Part shown: positions 36,372 through 48,900 of the stretch, piece by piece
Numbering within the stretch: position 1 is the first letter of the stretch
Layout: every line of letters starts with the position of its first letter
DNA from: Eledone cirrhosa
Lineage: Eukaryota
Assembly: GCA_964016885.1 (NCBI GenBank)
Contig: OZ024754.1
Span: 14,322,001-14,386,000 of the forward strand
Length of the DNA: 64,000 bases
Direction of reading: 5' to 3'
The notes under the pieces: generated by a model
The model's database searches: none
What the model saw: the letters and a program-made list of their open reading frames with translations, nothing else
Told to the model about the DNA's origin: nothing
Position numbers and translations under genes: made by a program

Positions 36372-36437
36372 TATTTCATTATATATATTTCAGGGATAAC
36401 ATATTAACAATATGCTATGCCTTCCTCAGACAAAATA
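36372..36437 (-). ncRNA. Minimal hammerhead ribozyme
   Basis: TATTTTGT-CTGAGGA-aggcatagcatat/atatgttatccct-GAAA-TATATA-TA-ATGAAATA. Confidence 0.75.
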
Positions 36438-36599
36438 CAATATAAACAGTTTTATAGATAAATAGATTTGACATACCGTACAACATCGACTTGTATTTGA
36501 AAAGTTGAATTGACTGCCAATTCAACTTTTCAAATACAAGTCGATGTTGTACGGTATGTCAAATCTATTTATCTATAAAACTGTTTATATTTTATATTG

Positions 36600-36665
36600 T
36601 ATTTTGTCTGAGGAAGGCATAGCATATTGTTAATATGTTATCCCTGAAATATATATAATGAAATA
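36600..36665 (+). ncRNA. Minimal hammerhead ribozyme (mirror copy)
   Basis: Same motif on the + strand. Confidence 0.75.
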
Positions 36666-37161
36666 AATATGGTTTTATAAATATAGTTTCCATTTATTTA
36701 ATATCGTAAATATACTCCAAATACTTGTCGAGTGCTTTTATATCAGTTATAAATATTTACTAGTTGTAACCCAACAATTTAAATATAACTTTCCATGTAT
36801 AATATATATATATATTCATAAACACTCACACAGGCGTATGGCTTAGTGGTTAGGGATACATCAAAATACAAACTTGTTGGAATGCTACATTGGAGTTGTT
36901 TGATAGTCCTCAATATTTCAGGATAAAGAAGAATTGGGGGAACCAATTCGGAGCAGAATATTTTGTTGTTCAGGTGCAACCATTTTGGCAATCATGATTC
37001 TACAACAAAACATTTGTTTCTCTTACAAATCGTTTGCCTTGCCAAACAAGAAAAGCCTCACACCACCTTCTACTTGAAATATCTGTCGTGTTATATTTAT
37101 GTTTAAAAATATCATGTTAATCATTGTGTAGGTGGATATATATATATATAGTAATAATAAT

Positions 37162-37212
37162 AGTTTCAGAAGATCCCGTTAAGGGTCAAAGCAGGGATTC
37201 TTTGCTTAAACT
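37162..37212 (+). ncRNA. Hammerhead-like relic (CAGAAGA core, GAAA changed to CAAA)
   Basis: 70-bp block nearly identical to 25291-25360. Confidence 0.35.
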
Positions 37213-37228
37213 TTAATCTGTTATTTTA

Positions 37229-37310
<82 letters not shown>

Positions 37311-37312
<2 letters not shown>

Positions 37313-37690
37313 CTTTGCAGGGCGGTTTCATCACCATGCGCAAATCTCAGACATGCCCGGCTGTGGGCACTTCCTTGTCTGAAGAGTTTATCTCGAATTG
37401 GCAAAGCCCCTCTGTAGCACTGCCAGGCCAGGGATTTCTGGAAGTTATCCATAGGTTCTGGGCTGAAAGTCCTCTGGAAAAAAGTGACTAGTTGGTTTTT
37501 ATTGACCCTTAGAGTCTTCCCAAGAACGTCGTCGCTTTTACCCGCCACCAAAATTCCATAGAAATCTAAGGTGGAGTTTCCACCGATCGTACTGTCCGAT
37601 TAACTGAGGGCTGTGAGTGCTTGGAGACATTCCAGTTTTCAAGCGCTCCTTCAGGTTCTTCGCATGAGCTATCACGGCAGCTCTGTCAAG
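37311..37690 (-). mobile_element. Tx1/L1-clade LINE ORF2 C-terminal fragment
   Basis: FQKSLAWQCYRGALPIRDKLFRQGSAHSRACLRFAHGDETALQ resembles the zf-RVT region W...ALP.RDKL...CxxC..ET..H, degenerate. Confidence 0.8.
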
Positions 37691-37694
37691 GAAA

Positions 37695-37887
37695 ATAATA
37701 ATAATTGTTTCAACTTTTGGCACAAGGCCAGCAATTACCCAGTACATTACTGGTACTTTATTATATCGACTCCGTAAGGATGAAAGGCAAAGTTAACCTC
37801 GGCGGGATTTGAACTCAGACCGGAAGGGGGCGTAACTCTATGCTGCAAAGCATGACGTCTGACCCTCTACCGATACTGCCAATCCAT
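37695..37887 (-). mobile_element. Near full-length family A SINE
   Basis: Matches 28540-28726 in reverse. Confidence 0.92.
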
Positions 37888-38142
37888 GATTTCTTTATTT
37901 TCTTTCGTCATTCTTTTTTATCATGTTAAGTATATTTTGTCATATTGGTTTTCAGACTTCTTGACTCTCCTGTCGTCTGTTTCAATGAAAAATTATTGGA
38001 ATATTCCAACATTTCGTTGTAATTATTTGCCAACAGCTGCCAATGTTAATACTTGTTGAAACATTACTCTTGAATTACCTCCCTTAACAACTTCATCTTT
38101 TTCAATTCTTCTTTCATGAAAAATCGTTTTGGTTGTCACATG

Positions 38143-38176
<34 letters not shown>

Positions 38177-38261
38177 TGTATGTATGTATGTATGTATGTA
38201 TGTATGTATGTATGTATGTATGTATGTATGTACGTAAGTATGTATTACGTATATGTTTCCA

Positions 38262-38322
<61 letters not shown>

Positions 38323-38496
38323 CGAATGTAGAAAGGTAACACACGTGTTGATATATATAAAAACAAATACTATTTACTTATATATATATATATGTGTGTT
38401 TGTGTGTGTGTATTTATGTATGTATTCATTTATGTATGCATGTATGTGTCTGTGTGTGTATATATATATATATATATATGTGTGTACGCGTGTGTG

Positions 38497-38579
<83 letters not shown>

Positions 38580-38834
38580 GTATATATATATATATATATA
38601 CGTGTGTGTGTGTGTGTGTGTCTATATATACGTCCACTACGGAGATTCTGTGTATGTTCCGTTTCGTTATATATCTGTCGCACGCGCAAACCACTCAAAA
38701 TTCCAATTAGCAGTGGAATGTCTGGTTAATTTCTGGAGTGTCAATGTTATTGTGATATCTCTTTCACTAAATAAATCTATGTCTCTATGTCTTCTCCTAG
38801 GATTTCACTTGCATTACATCTTTATCTCTCTCCC

Positions 38835-38894
<60 letters not shown>

Positions 38895-38982
38895 ACACTC
38901 TCTCTCATTCCTTTTCTAGTTATCACTCCCTATCTCACTTTATCTCCCTCTCTCAAATACACAGACATTATACGCAGGCGTA

Positions 38983-39013
<31 letters not shown>

Positions 39014-39038
39014 TACACACACACATATATATATATAT

Positions 39039-39179
<141 letters not shown>

Positions 39180-39228
39180 GTACAATGAAAACATATATTG
39201 TTTAACGCTTGATATAATATATATATAT

Positions 39229-39272
<44 letters not shown>

Positions 39273-39427
39273 AAACGTGTGAAATCCTTGGTACAGTTAG
39301 TTATATTAAAAAAAAAGGAAAAGAATATTATGATTTCATAAATTAGATCTACCAATTCATAATATAATATTATAAAATTAAATCAAATTGTTTAGAATTA
39401 CAAGTGAAGTCATTCTTTTCCTTTTTT

Positions 39428-39488
<61 letters not shown>

Positions 39489-40402
39489 AAACATAAATTA
39501 TCGAGAATCGCATTTCGGCCCACGAAATAACGAAAAACATCCTCCGAGATGTGTGGCAAGTGCTCAATGATTCAGATGAACCAGAGCTATAACAAACGTT
39601 AAAGGCCCCCAAAAACGATCAAGTATTTCGGGTCAAACAAATAAAAAATATCTGTGATTGAAAATTTACCCGGACCCCTGGAAGGTTGGTAAAATCCAGT
39701 ATTTGGGTTTCTGCGGCTCCTAAATCAAGTACTGTCCGCTTACATAAATAATGTTAGGCTTCTGGTAAGATGATTGAACAAGGAAACCACTTTCTCAACA
39801 GGTTTTAGTTCAATGTTAATACAAGGACTGACTATTGCCGACCCCACGTGGGGATCGGCAAGGGAGGCAACCCCTATATCAGGCGAATGAATTCAGTTGT
39901 GTATATTTTTGCAAGAATGCAAAAACATCACAAATCGAATAGAGTTCTCAACAGAAGGGTTAAAATTAACATAAGCTATTCATCAGTCAATAGAATCAAC
40001 TAAAAAATCAAGAAAATTAACTGGTCAATAGCTAGAGTCTGGAGGTTAATACAAACATAAATTATCGAGAATCTCATTTCGTCCCATATATATATATATA
40101 TACAGATAACAGAACAGGCAAAAACGAGATAGTGTAAGATAGAACAAAGGAGAGACACAAAATAAAAACCCAGTCACTGAGGAGATCACAGAATGTGTGA
40201 CCAAAGAGCTTTGACAATATATAAACAACCATCCGGTTATCTAACCAATCAGCCAACTGGAAATTTATAATAAATTGAAGGGAAAGCCAACAGGAGCGTG
40301 TGCTTTTATTGTCCTCCCAAAGTATAACAATATCTGTTTCAACACACGTTTTCAGATAAGAAATCTTGCAAAGCAAATTAAAAAACGAAGTATATATGTA
40401 TA

Positions 40403-40615
40403 TATAACAACTAGAAATTGATTAACATATAAATAAACATATGAAACAATCACAGGGGATAACTTTTACAAGTGTGTAAGCACACATAGCTAGATAGGTA
40501 ACTAAATAAAGTTAACTAGAACTTCAAAAATAGATACCTTATAAGGTATCTATTTTTATCCTCTGTGATTGTTTCATATGTTTATTTATATGTTAATCAA
40601 TTTCTAGTTGTTATA
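40403..40615. repeat. Inverted repeat (~58-bp arms) enclosing a perfect 32-bp palindrome
   Basis: tataacaactagaaattgattaacat..cacaggggataa and its reverse complement; inner aaaaatagataccttataaggtatctattttt. Confidence 0.85.
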
Positions 40616-40760
40616 AAATGCTCGGACCTATTCATTAGAATCTTGGAGCTTATTTTACGGGTGATATGGCGCATGCCTTTCTGGCATGACACCCATAATT
40701 TTGATTTAGATTAAATTCACTTTGATTTATCTTAATTTTGGATATAGATATATATGTATA

Positions 40761-40836
<76 letters not shown>

Positions 40837-41247
40837 TAATAGTATTTATACTTATATATGAGTTATATATAATTATAAATATGAAAGGATAGTATGCTGC
40901 ACTACCCGATTACCAGTAAGAAATATAAATTATCAGACGTATTGCAGAGCAGAGAGACAAAATATAAAACAATCAAATATTTGCCTAATACATTTAATTG
41001 CTGACGATCGTTTCTTCCTATAATTGTCAGGAGTAACAAAATGATATATGCATAACTTTCTCTATAATAATCACTTTAAGTAATAACCTCATCACAATAG
41101 CTCCCAATATTTTGCTATCTGTTTACTATAATATCATTGTGTTACTCTTGATTTTCTATATGATGTCACTGACACTGTTGATAATATTGTGTCTTAATGA
41201 ATGTTCTAAAGACTAGGAATGTAATTACTTGTTTAAACATTGTGTAA

Positions 41248-41292
41248 GCTCCGATGATACCAGACAATTACCTGGAAGAAATGATCGTCAGC
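41248..41292 (+). ncRNA. Hammerhead variant with CCGATGA core and GUC cleavage site
   Basis: GCT-CCGATGA-taccag..cctggaa-GAAA-TGATCG-TC-AGC; a truncated inverted partner at ~40955-41032 has GAAA-CGATCG-TC-AGC. Confidence 0.6.
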
Positions 41293-41556
41293 AATTAAAT
41301 GTATTAAGCAAATATTTAATTGTTTTATATTTCGTGTATATATATATATATATATATATGTGTATGCGTGTGTGTGTATCCCTCTCTCTCTCTCTCACAC
41401 ACACATATATATATATATATCAAGTAAGTATGTTTTGAAACAGTGAGCAGGTTTGAAATTAGAAAATAGAATAGCTTTCACCGTATTTTTGACTAAAGGA
41501 ATTTTAGCCTGATAATGGGGTTTAGAACCCTCATATAAATGGAAAAAGATGAGTAT

Positions 41557-41627
41557 TGACGTACATGGGAGTCGAACCCACATCTTTGGTTATCGCGACC
41601 ACTGTGCTACCATTACACCAACACATC
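41557..41627 (-). pseudogene. tRNA-like cloverleaf (tRNA pseudogene or SINE head)
   Basis: GATGTGT TG GTGT AATGGTA GCAC A GTGGT CGCGATA ACCAA AGAT GTGGG TTCGACT CCCAT GTACGTC; stems pair, but the anticodon loop lacks U33 and purine 37. Confidence 0.65.
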
Positions 41628-41752
41628 ACCCATCTCTTTCCATTCAAATTAGAAGCTACATTCTTAGCGAGTTTAAATGGCAAGTAAGTATGTTTTGAAA
41701 CAGTGAGCAGGTTTGAAATTAGAAAATAGAATAGCCAAAGATGTGGGTTCGA

Positions 41753-41825
<73 letters not shown>

Positions 41826-42342
41826 GCTTTAAGAAGTTCATCACACAATCACATGATTGGGGACTTCACTCCACTGTTCAGGGCACATTATATGAGTTCA
41901 AATCTGAGTTCAAATCCCGTCGAGGTTAACTTTGCTTTTCATCCTTACGGGGTCGATAAAATAAAGTACCAGTAATGCACTGGGTAGTTGCTGGACTTGT
42001 GCCTAAAGTAGAAACAATTATATATGCATGTATGTATATACATATATATATATATCCTAGTCAGGCTAGAGTCAGGGTTCCAGAGCAAGAGAGCGGATAT
42101 GATTTCATTGCTGGCACGGTGACAGTGGCCAGCAAATTGAGCTCTCCGGGATTTTAGAAGGGCAGAGGCTCGAGGGAGTTTGCCGGGAGTTCGGCGGGAA
42201 TTGAACTCAGATCATAAAGGGCCGTAACTCTTTGCTGCTAAGCATGGCGTCTGACTCTCTACCGATACTGCCAAACCCCTTGTGCCCTGAACAGCGGAGT
42301 GATGACCCTAATCACGTGATTGTGTGATGAACTTCTTAAAGC
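41826..42342. repeat. 62-bp inverted arms enclosing a SINE 3' half (+), an RTE-X fragment (-) and a SINE 5' half (-)
   Basis: Arms at 41826-41887 and 42281-42342; SINE pieces at ~41893-42021 and ~42190-42275. Confidence 0.8.
42058..42190 (-). mobile_element. RTE-X-like LINE fragment
   Basis: GKLPRASALLKSRRAQFAGHCHRASNEIISALLLWNP. Confidence 0.75.
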
Positions 42343-42526
42343 AACCTCAGTGTCTCCTACAGATGACAATGTAGGGAGATGTTGACGTGTAACAACTTAA
42401 TGTTGAAATGCCACTGTTACATGTGTTAGACGTGTAGAAAGGATTATATAGAAACGTGGTAGGTGACACTTCTAGAATCATTTAACTTTTACAGACATGA
42501 AGAGTACCCCCTCTTCTCCTCCTCCT

Positions 42527-42528
42527 CA

Positions 42529-42573
<45 letters not shown>

Positions 42574-42579
42574 ACCTCA

Positions 42580-42617
<38 letters not shown>

Positions 42618-42624
42618 CACCTCA

Positions 42625-42671
<47 letters not shown>

Positions 42672-42857
42672 TTCTACCTCATACTACTACTACCTCCTCC
42701 TCCACCTCATACTACTACTACTACTACTACTATTACGTCTTCTTCCTGCCCTTTTCATTTTTATTTGCTGTCTACAAGAAGAAGAAGAAGAAGAAGAAGA
42801 AGAAGAAGAAGAAGAAGAAGAAGAAGAAGAAGAAGAAGAAGAAGAAGAAGAAGAAGA
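42527..42857. repeat. (TAC)n and (GAA)n microsatellites
   Basis: Direct observation. Confidence 0.95.
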
Positions 42858-42967
42858 TTGAAGAAAACAAAAGAAAGTAGGAAAGAAAAGAAAAGTGGTG
42901 AAGAAAAAGATAGGAATAAGTTAGGAGGATGAAGGAGAAAAATAATAAAGGGAAGAATAAGAATGGA

Positions 42968-45900
42968 TCTCCTTCTATTTCGTCGATGAGTGTCCCAGTT
43001 GTTCCATCAACGGAAGTGCTTGCTCGGAAAATTAACGAGTAAGTGGGTCAATATTCCACACACACGAGTACGGTTAATGCGATTCTCAGGGGGATCCAGC
43101 GTGGTAAAATCTGTGACAAGGCTTTCTATTTGATTTACAGTTAACAGTCCATCTGACGGGCTTCCAAACATCTTCCGTCCACCAAAATCTGTGACAAGGC
43201 TTTCTATTTGATTTACAGTTAACAGTCCATCTGACGGGTTTCCAAACAGCTTCCGTCCACCAAAATCTGTGACAATGCTTTCTATTTGATTTACAGTTAA
43301 CAGTCCATCTGACGGGCTTCCAAACAGCTTCCGTCTACCAAAATGTGTGACAAGGTTTTCTATTTGATTTACAGTTAACAGTCCATCTGACGGGCTTCCA
43401 AACAGCTTCCGTCTACCAAAATGTGTGACAAGGCTTTCTATTTGATTTATAGTTAACAGTCCATCTGACGGGCTTCCAAACAGCTTCCGTCTACCAAAAT
43501 GTGTGACAAGGCTTTCTATTTGATTTACAGTTAACAGTCCATCTGACGGGCTTCCAAACAGCTCCGTCTACCAAAATCTGTGACAAGGCTTTCTATTTGA
43601 TTTACAGTTAACAGTCCATCTGACGGGCTTCCAAACATCTTCCGTCCACCAAAATGTGTGACAAGGCTTTCTATTTGATTTACAGTTAACAGTCCATCTG
43701 ACGGGCTTCCAAACAGCTCCGTCTACCAAAATCTGTGACAAGGCTTTCTATTTGATTTACAGTTAACAATCCATCTGACGGGCTTCCAAACATCTTCCGT
43801 CCACCAAAATCTGTGACAAGGCTTTCTATTTGATTTACAGTTAACAGTTCATCTGATGGGCTTCCAAACAGCTTCCGTCTACCAAAATATGTGACAAGGC
43901 TTTCTATTTGATTTACAGTTAACAGTCCATCTGACGGGCTTCCAAACATCTTCCGTCCACCAAAATGTGTGACAAGGCTTTCTATTTGATTTACAGTTAA
44001 CAGTCCATCTGACGGGCTTCCAAACAGCTTCCGTCTACCAAAATATGTGACAAGGCTTTCTATTTGATTTACAGTTAACAGTCCATCTGACGGGCTTCCA
44101 AACATCTTCCGTCCACCAAAATGTGTGACAAGGCTTTCTATTTGATTTACAGTTAACAGTCCATCTGACGGGCTTCCAAACAGCTCCGTCTACCAAAATC
44201 TGTGACAAGGCTTTCTATTTGATTTACAGTTAACAATCCATCTGACGGGCTTCCAAACATCTTCCGTCCACCAAAATCTGTGACAAGGCTTTCTATTTGA
44301 TTTACAGTTAACAGTCCATCTGACGGGCTTCCAAACAGCTTCCGTCTACCAAAATATGTGACAAGGCTTTCTATTTGATTTACAGTTAACAGTCCATCTG
44401 ACGGGCTTCCAAACATCTTCCGTCCACCAAAATGTGTGACAAGGCTTTCTATTTGATTTACAGTTAACAGTCCATCTGACGGGCTTCCAAACAGCCCCGT
44501 CTACCAAAATGTGTGACAATGTTTTCTATTTGATTTACAGTTAACAGTCCATCTGACGGGCTTCCAAACAGCTCCGTCTACCAAAATGTGTGACAAGGCT
44601 TTCTATTTGATTTACAGTTAACAGTCCATCTGACGGGCTTCCAAACAGCTTCCGTCTACCAAAATATGTGACAAGGCTTTCTATTTGATTTACAGTTAAC
44701 AGTCCATCTGACGGGCTTCCAAACATCTTCCGTCCACCAAAATCTGTGACAATGCTTTCTATTTGATTTACAGTTAACAGTCCATCTGACGGGCTTCCAA
44801 ACATCTTCCGTCCACCAAAATATGTGACAATGCTTTCTATTTGATTTACAGTTAACAGTCCATCTGACGGGCTTCCAAACATCTTCCGTCCACCAAAATA
44901 TGTGACAATGCTTTCTATTTGATTTACAGTTAACAGTCCATCTGACGGGCTTCCAAACATCTTCCGTCCACCAAAATGTGTGACAAGGCTTTCTATTTGA
45001 TTTACAGTTAACAGTCCATCTGACGGGCTTCCAAACATCTTCCGTCCACCAAAATGTGTGACAAGGCTTTCTATTTGATTTACAGTTAACAGTCCATCTG
45101 ACGGGCTTCCAAACATCTTCCGTCCACCAAAATGTGTGACAAGGCTTTCTATTTGATTTACAGTTAACAGTCCATCTGACGGGCTTCCAAACATCTTCCG
45201 TCTACCAAAATGTGTGACAAGGCTTTCTATTTGATTTACAGTTAACAGTCCATCTGACGGGCTTCCAAACAGTTTCCGTCTACCAAAATGTGTGACAAGG
45301 CTTTCTATTTGATTTACAGTTAACAGTCCATCTGACGGGCTTCCAAACATCTTCCGTCCACCAAAATGTGTGACAAGGCTTTCTATTTGATTTACAGTTA
45401 ACAGTCCATCTGACGGGCTTCCAAACATCTTCCGTCTACCAAAATGTGTGACAAGGCTTTCTATTTGATTTACAGTTAACAGTCCATCTGACGGGCTTCC
45501 AAACATCTTCCGTCTACCAAAATGTGTGACAAGGCTTTCTATTTGATTTACAGTTAACAGTCCATCTGACGGGCTTCCAAACATCTTCCGTCTACCAAAA
45601 TGTGTGACAAGGCTTTCTATTTGATTTACAGTTAACAGTCCATCTGACGGGCTTCCAAACATCTTCCGTCTACCAAAATGTGTGACAAGGCTTTCTATTT
45701 GATTTACAGTTAACAGTCCATCTGACGAGCTTCCAAACATCTTCCGTCTACCAAAATGTGTGACAAGGCTTTCTATTTGATTTACAGTTAACAGTCCATC
45801 TGACGGGCTTCCAAACATCTTCCGTCTACCAAAATGTGTGACAAGGCTTTCTATTTGATTTACAGTTAACAGTCCATCTGACGGGCTTCCAAACATCTTC

Positions 45901-48900
45901 CGTCTACCAAAATGTGACAAGGCTTTCTATTTGATTTACAGTTAACAGTCCATCTGACGGGCTTCCAAACATCTTCCGTCTACCAAAATGTGTGACAAGG
46001 CTTTCTATTTGATTTACAGTTAACAGTCCATCTGACGGGCTTCCAAACATCTTCCGTCCACCAAAATGTGTGACAAGGCTTTCTATTTGATTTACAGTTA
46101 ACAGTCCATCTGACGGGCTTCCAAACAGCTTCCGTCTACCAAAATATGTGACAAGGCTTTCTATTTGATTTACAGTTAACAGTCCATCTGACGGGCTTCC
46201 AAACAACTTCCGTCCACCAAAATGTGTGACAAGGCTTTCTATTTGATTTACAGTTAAGAATCCATCTGACGGGCTTCCAAACATCTTCCGTCCACCAAAA
46301 TGTGTGACAAGGCTTTCTATTTGATTTACAGTTAACAGTCCATCTGACGGGCTTCCAAACATCTTCCGTCCACCAAAATGTGTGACAAGGCTTTCTATTT
46401 GATTTACAGTTAACAGTCCATCTGACGGGCTTCCAAACAGCTTCCGTCTACCAAAATGTGTGACAAGGTTTTCTATTTGATTTACAGTTAACAGTCCATC
46501 TGACGGGCTTCCAAACAGCTTCCGTCTACCAAAATGTGTGACAAGGCTTTCTATTTGATTTATAGTTAACAGTCCATCTGACGGGCTTCCAAACAGCTTC
46601 CGTCTACCAAAATGTGTGACAAGGCTTTCTATTTGATTTACAGTTAACAGTCCATCTGACGGGCTTCCAAACAGCTCCGTCTACCAAAATCTGTGACAAG
46701 GCTTTCTATTTGATTTACAGTTAACAGTCCATCTGACGGGCTTCCAAACATCTTCCGTCCACCAAAATGTGTGACAAGGCTTTCTATTTGATTTACAGTT
46801 AACAGTCCATCTGACGGGCTTCCAAACAGCTCCGTCTACCAAAATCTGTGACAAGGCTTTCTATTTGATTTACAGTTAACAATCCATCTGACGGGCTTCC
46901 AAACATCTTCCGTCCACCAAAATCTGTGACAAGGCTTTCTATTTGATTTACAGTTAACAGTTCATCTGATGGGCTTCCAAACAGCTTCCGTCTACCAAAA
47001 TATGTGACAAGGCTTTCTATTTGATTTACAGTTAACAGTCCATCTGACGGGCTTCCAAACATCTTCCGTCCACCAAAATGTGTGACAAGGCTTTCTATTT
47101 GATTTACAGTTAACAGTCCATCTGACGGGCTTCCAAACAGCTTCCGTCTACCAAAATATGTGACAAGGCTTTCTATTTGATTTACAGTTAACAGTCCATC
47201 TGACGGGCTTCCAAACATCTTCCGTCTACCAAAATGTGTGACAAGGCTTTCTATTTGATTTACAGTTAACAGTCCATCTGACGGGCTTCCAAACATCTTC
47301 CGTCTACCAAAATGTGTGACAAGGCTTTCTATTTGATTTACAGTTAACAGTCCATCTGACGGGCTTCCAAACATCTTCCGTCCACCAAAATGTGTGACAA
47401 GGCTTTCTATTTGATTTACAGTTAACAGTCCATCTGACGGGCTTCCAAACAGCTTCCGTCTACCAAAATATGTGACAAGGCTTTCTATTTGATTTACAGT
47501 TAACAGTCCATCTGACGGGCTTCCCAAACAACTTCCGTCCACCAAAATGTGTGACAAGGCTTTCTATTTGATTTAAGTTAAGAATCCATCTGACGGGCTT
47601 CCAACATCTTCGTCCACCAAAATGTGTGACAAGCTTTTTCTATTTGATTTACAGTTACAAGTCCATCTGACGGGCTTCCAAACATCTTCCGTCCACCAAA
47701 ATGTGTGACAAGGCTTTCTATTTGATTTACAGTTAACAGTCCATCTGACGGGCTTCCAAACAGCTTCCGTCCTACCAAAATATGTGACAAGGCTTTCTAT
47801 TTGATTTACAGTTAACAGTCCATCTGACGGGCTTCCAAACATCTTCCGTCCACCAAAATGTGTGACAAGGCTTTCTATTTGATTTACAGTTAACAGTCCA
47901 TCTGACGGGCTTCCAAACATCTTCCGTCCACCAAAATGTGTGACAAGGCTTTCTATTTGATTTACAGTTAACAGTCCATCTGACGGGCTTCCAAACATCT
48001 TCCGTCCACCAAAATGTGTGACAAGGCTTTCTATTTGATTTACAGTTAACAGTCCATCTGACGGGCTTCCAAACATCTTCCGTCCACCAAAATATGTGAC
48101 AAGGCTTTCTATTTGATTTACAGTTAACAGTCCATCTGACGGGCTTCCAAACATCTTCCGTCCACCAAAATGTGTGACAAGGCTTTCTATTTGATTTACA
48201 GTTAACAGTCCATCTGACGGGCTTCCAAACATCTTCCGTCCACCAAAATATGTGACAAGGCTTTCTATTTGATTTACAGTTAACAGTCCATCTGACGGGC
48301 TTCCAAACATCTTCCGTCCACCAAAATATGTGACAAGGCTTTCTATTTGATTTACAGTTAACAGTCCATCTGACGGGCTTCCAAACATCTTCCGTCCACC
48401 AAAATATGTGACAAGGCTTTCTATTTGATTACAGTTAACAGTCCATCTGACGGGCTTCCAAACATCTTCCGTCCACCAAAATGTGTGACAAGGCTTTCTA
48501 TTTGATTTACAGTTAACAGTCCATCTGACGGGCTTCCAAACATCTTCCGTCTACCAAAATGTGTGACAAGGCTTTCTATTTGATTTACAGTTAACAGTCC
48601 ATCTGACGGGCTTCCAAACATCTTCCGTCCACCAAAATGTGTGACAAGGCTTTCTATTTGATTTACAGTTAACAGTCCATCTGACGGGCTTCCAAACATC
48701 TTCCGTCTACCAAAATGTGTGACAAGGCTTTCTATTTGATTTACAGTTAACAGTCCATCTGACGGGCTTCCAAACATCTTCCGTCTACCAAAATGTGTGA
48801 CAAGGCTTTCTATTTGATTTACAGTTAACAGTCCATCTGACGGGCTTCCAAACATCTTCCGTCTACCAAAATGTGTGACAAGGCTTTCTATTTGATTTAC

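Larger units (their letters stand above)
36329..36795 (+). mobile_element. Penelope-like pseudo-LTR palindrome (arms 36329-36512 and 36518-36708, 5-nt loop) with 3' extension
   Basis: Arms are essentially identical except for a 7-bp duplication; each holds an HHR; (TA)n flanks. Confidence 0.78.
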
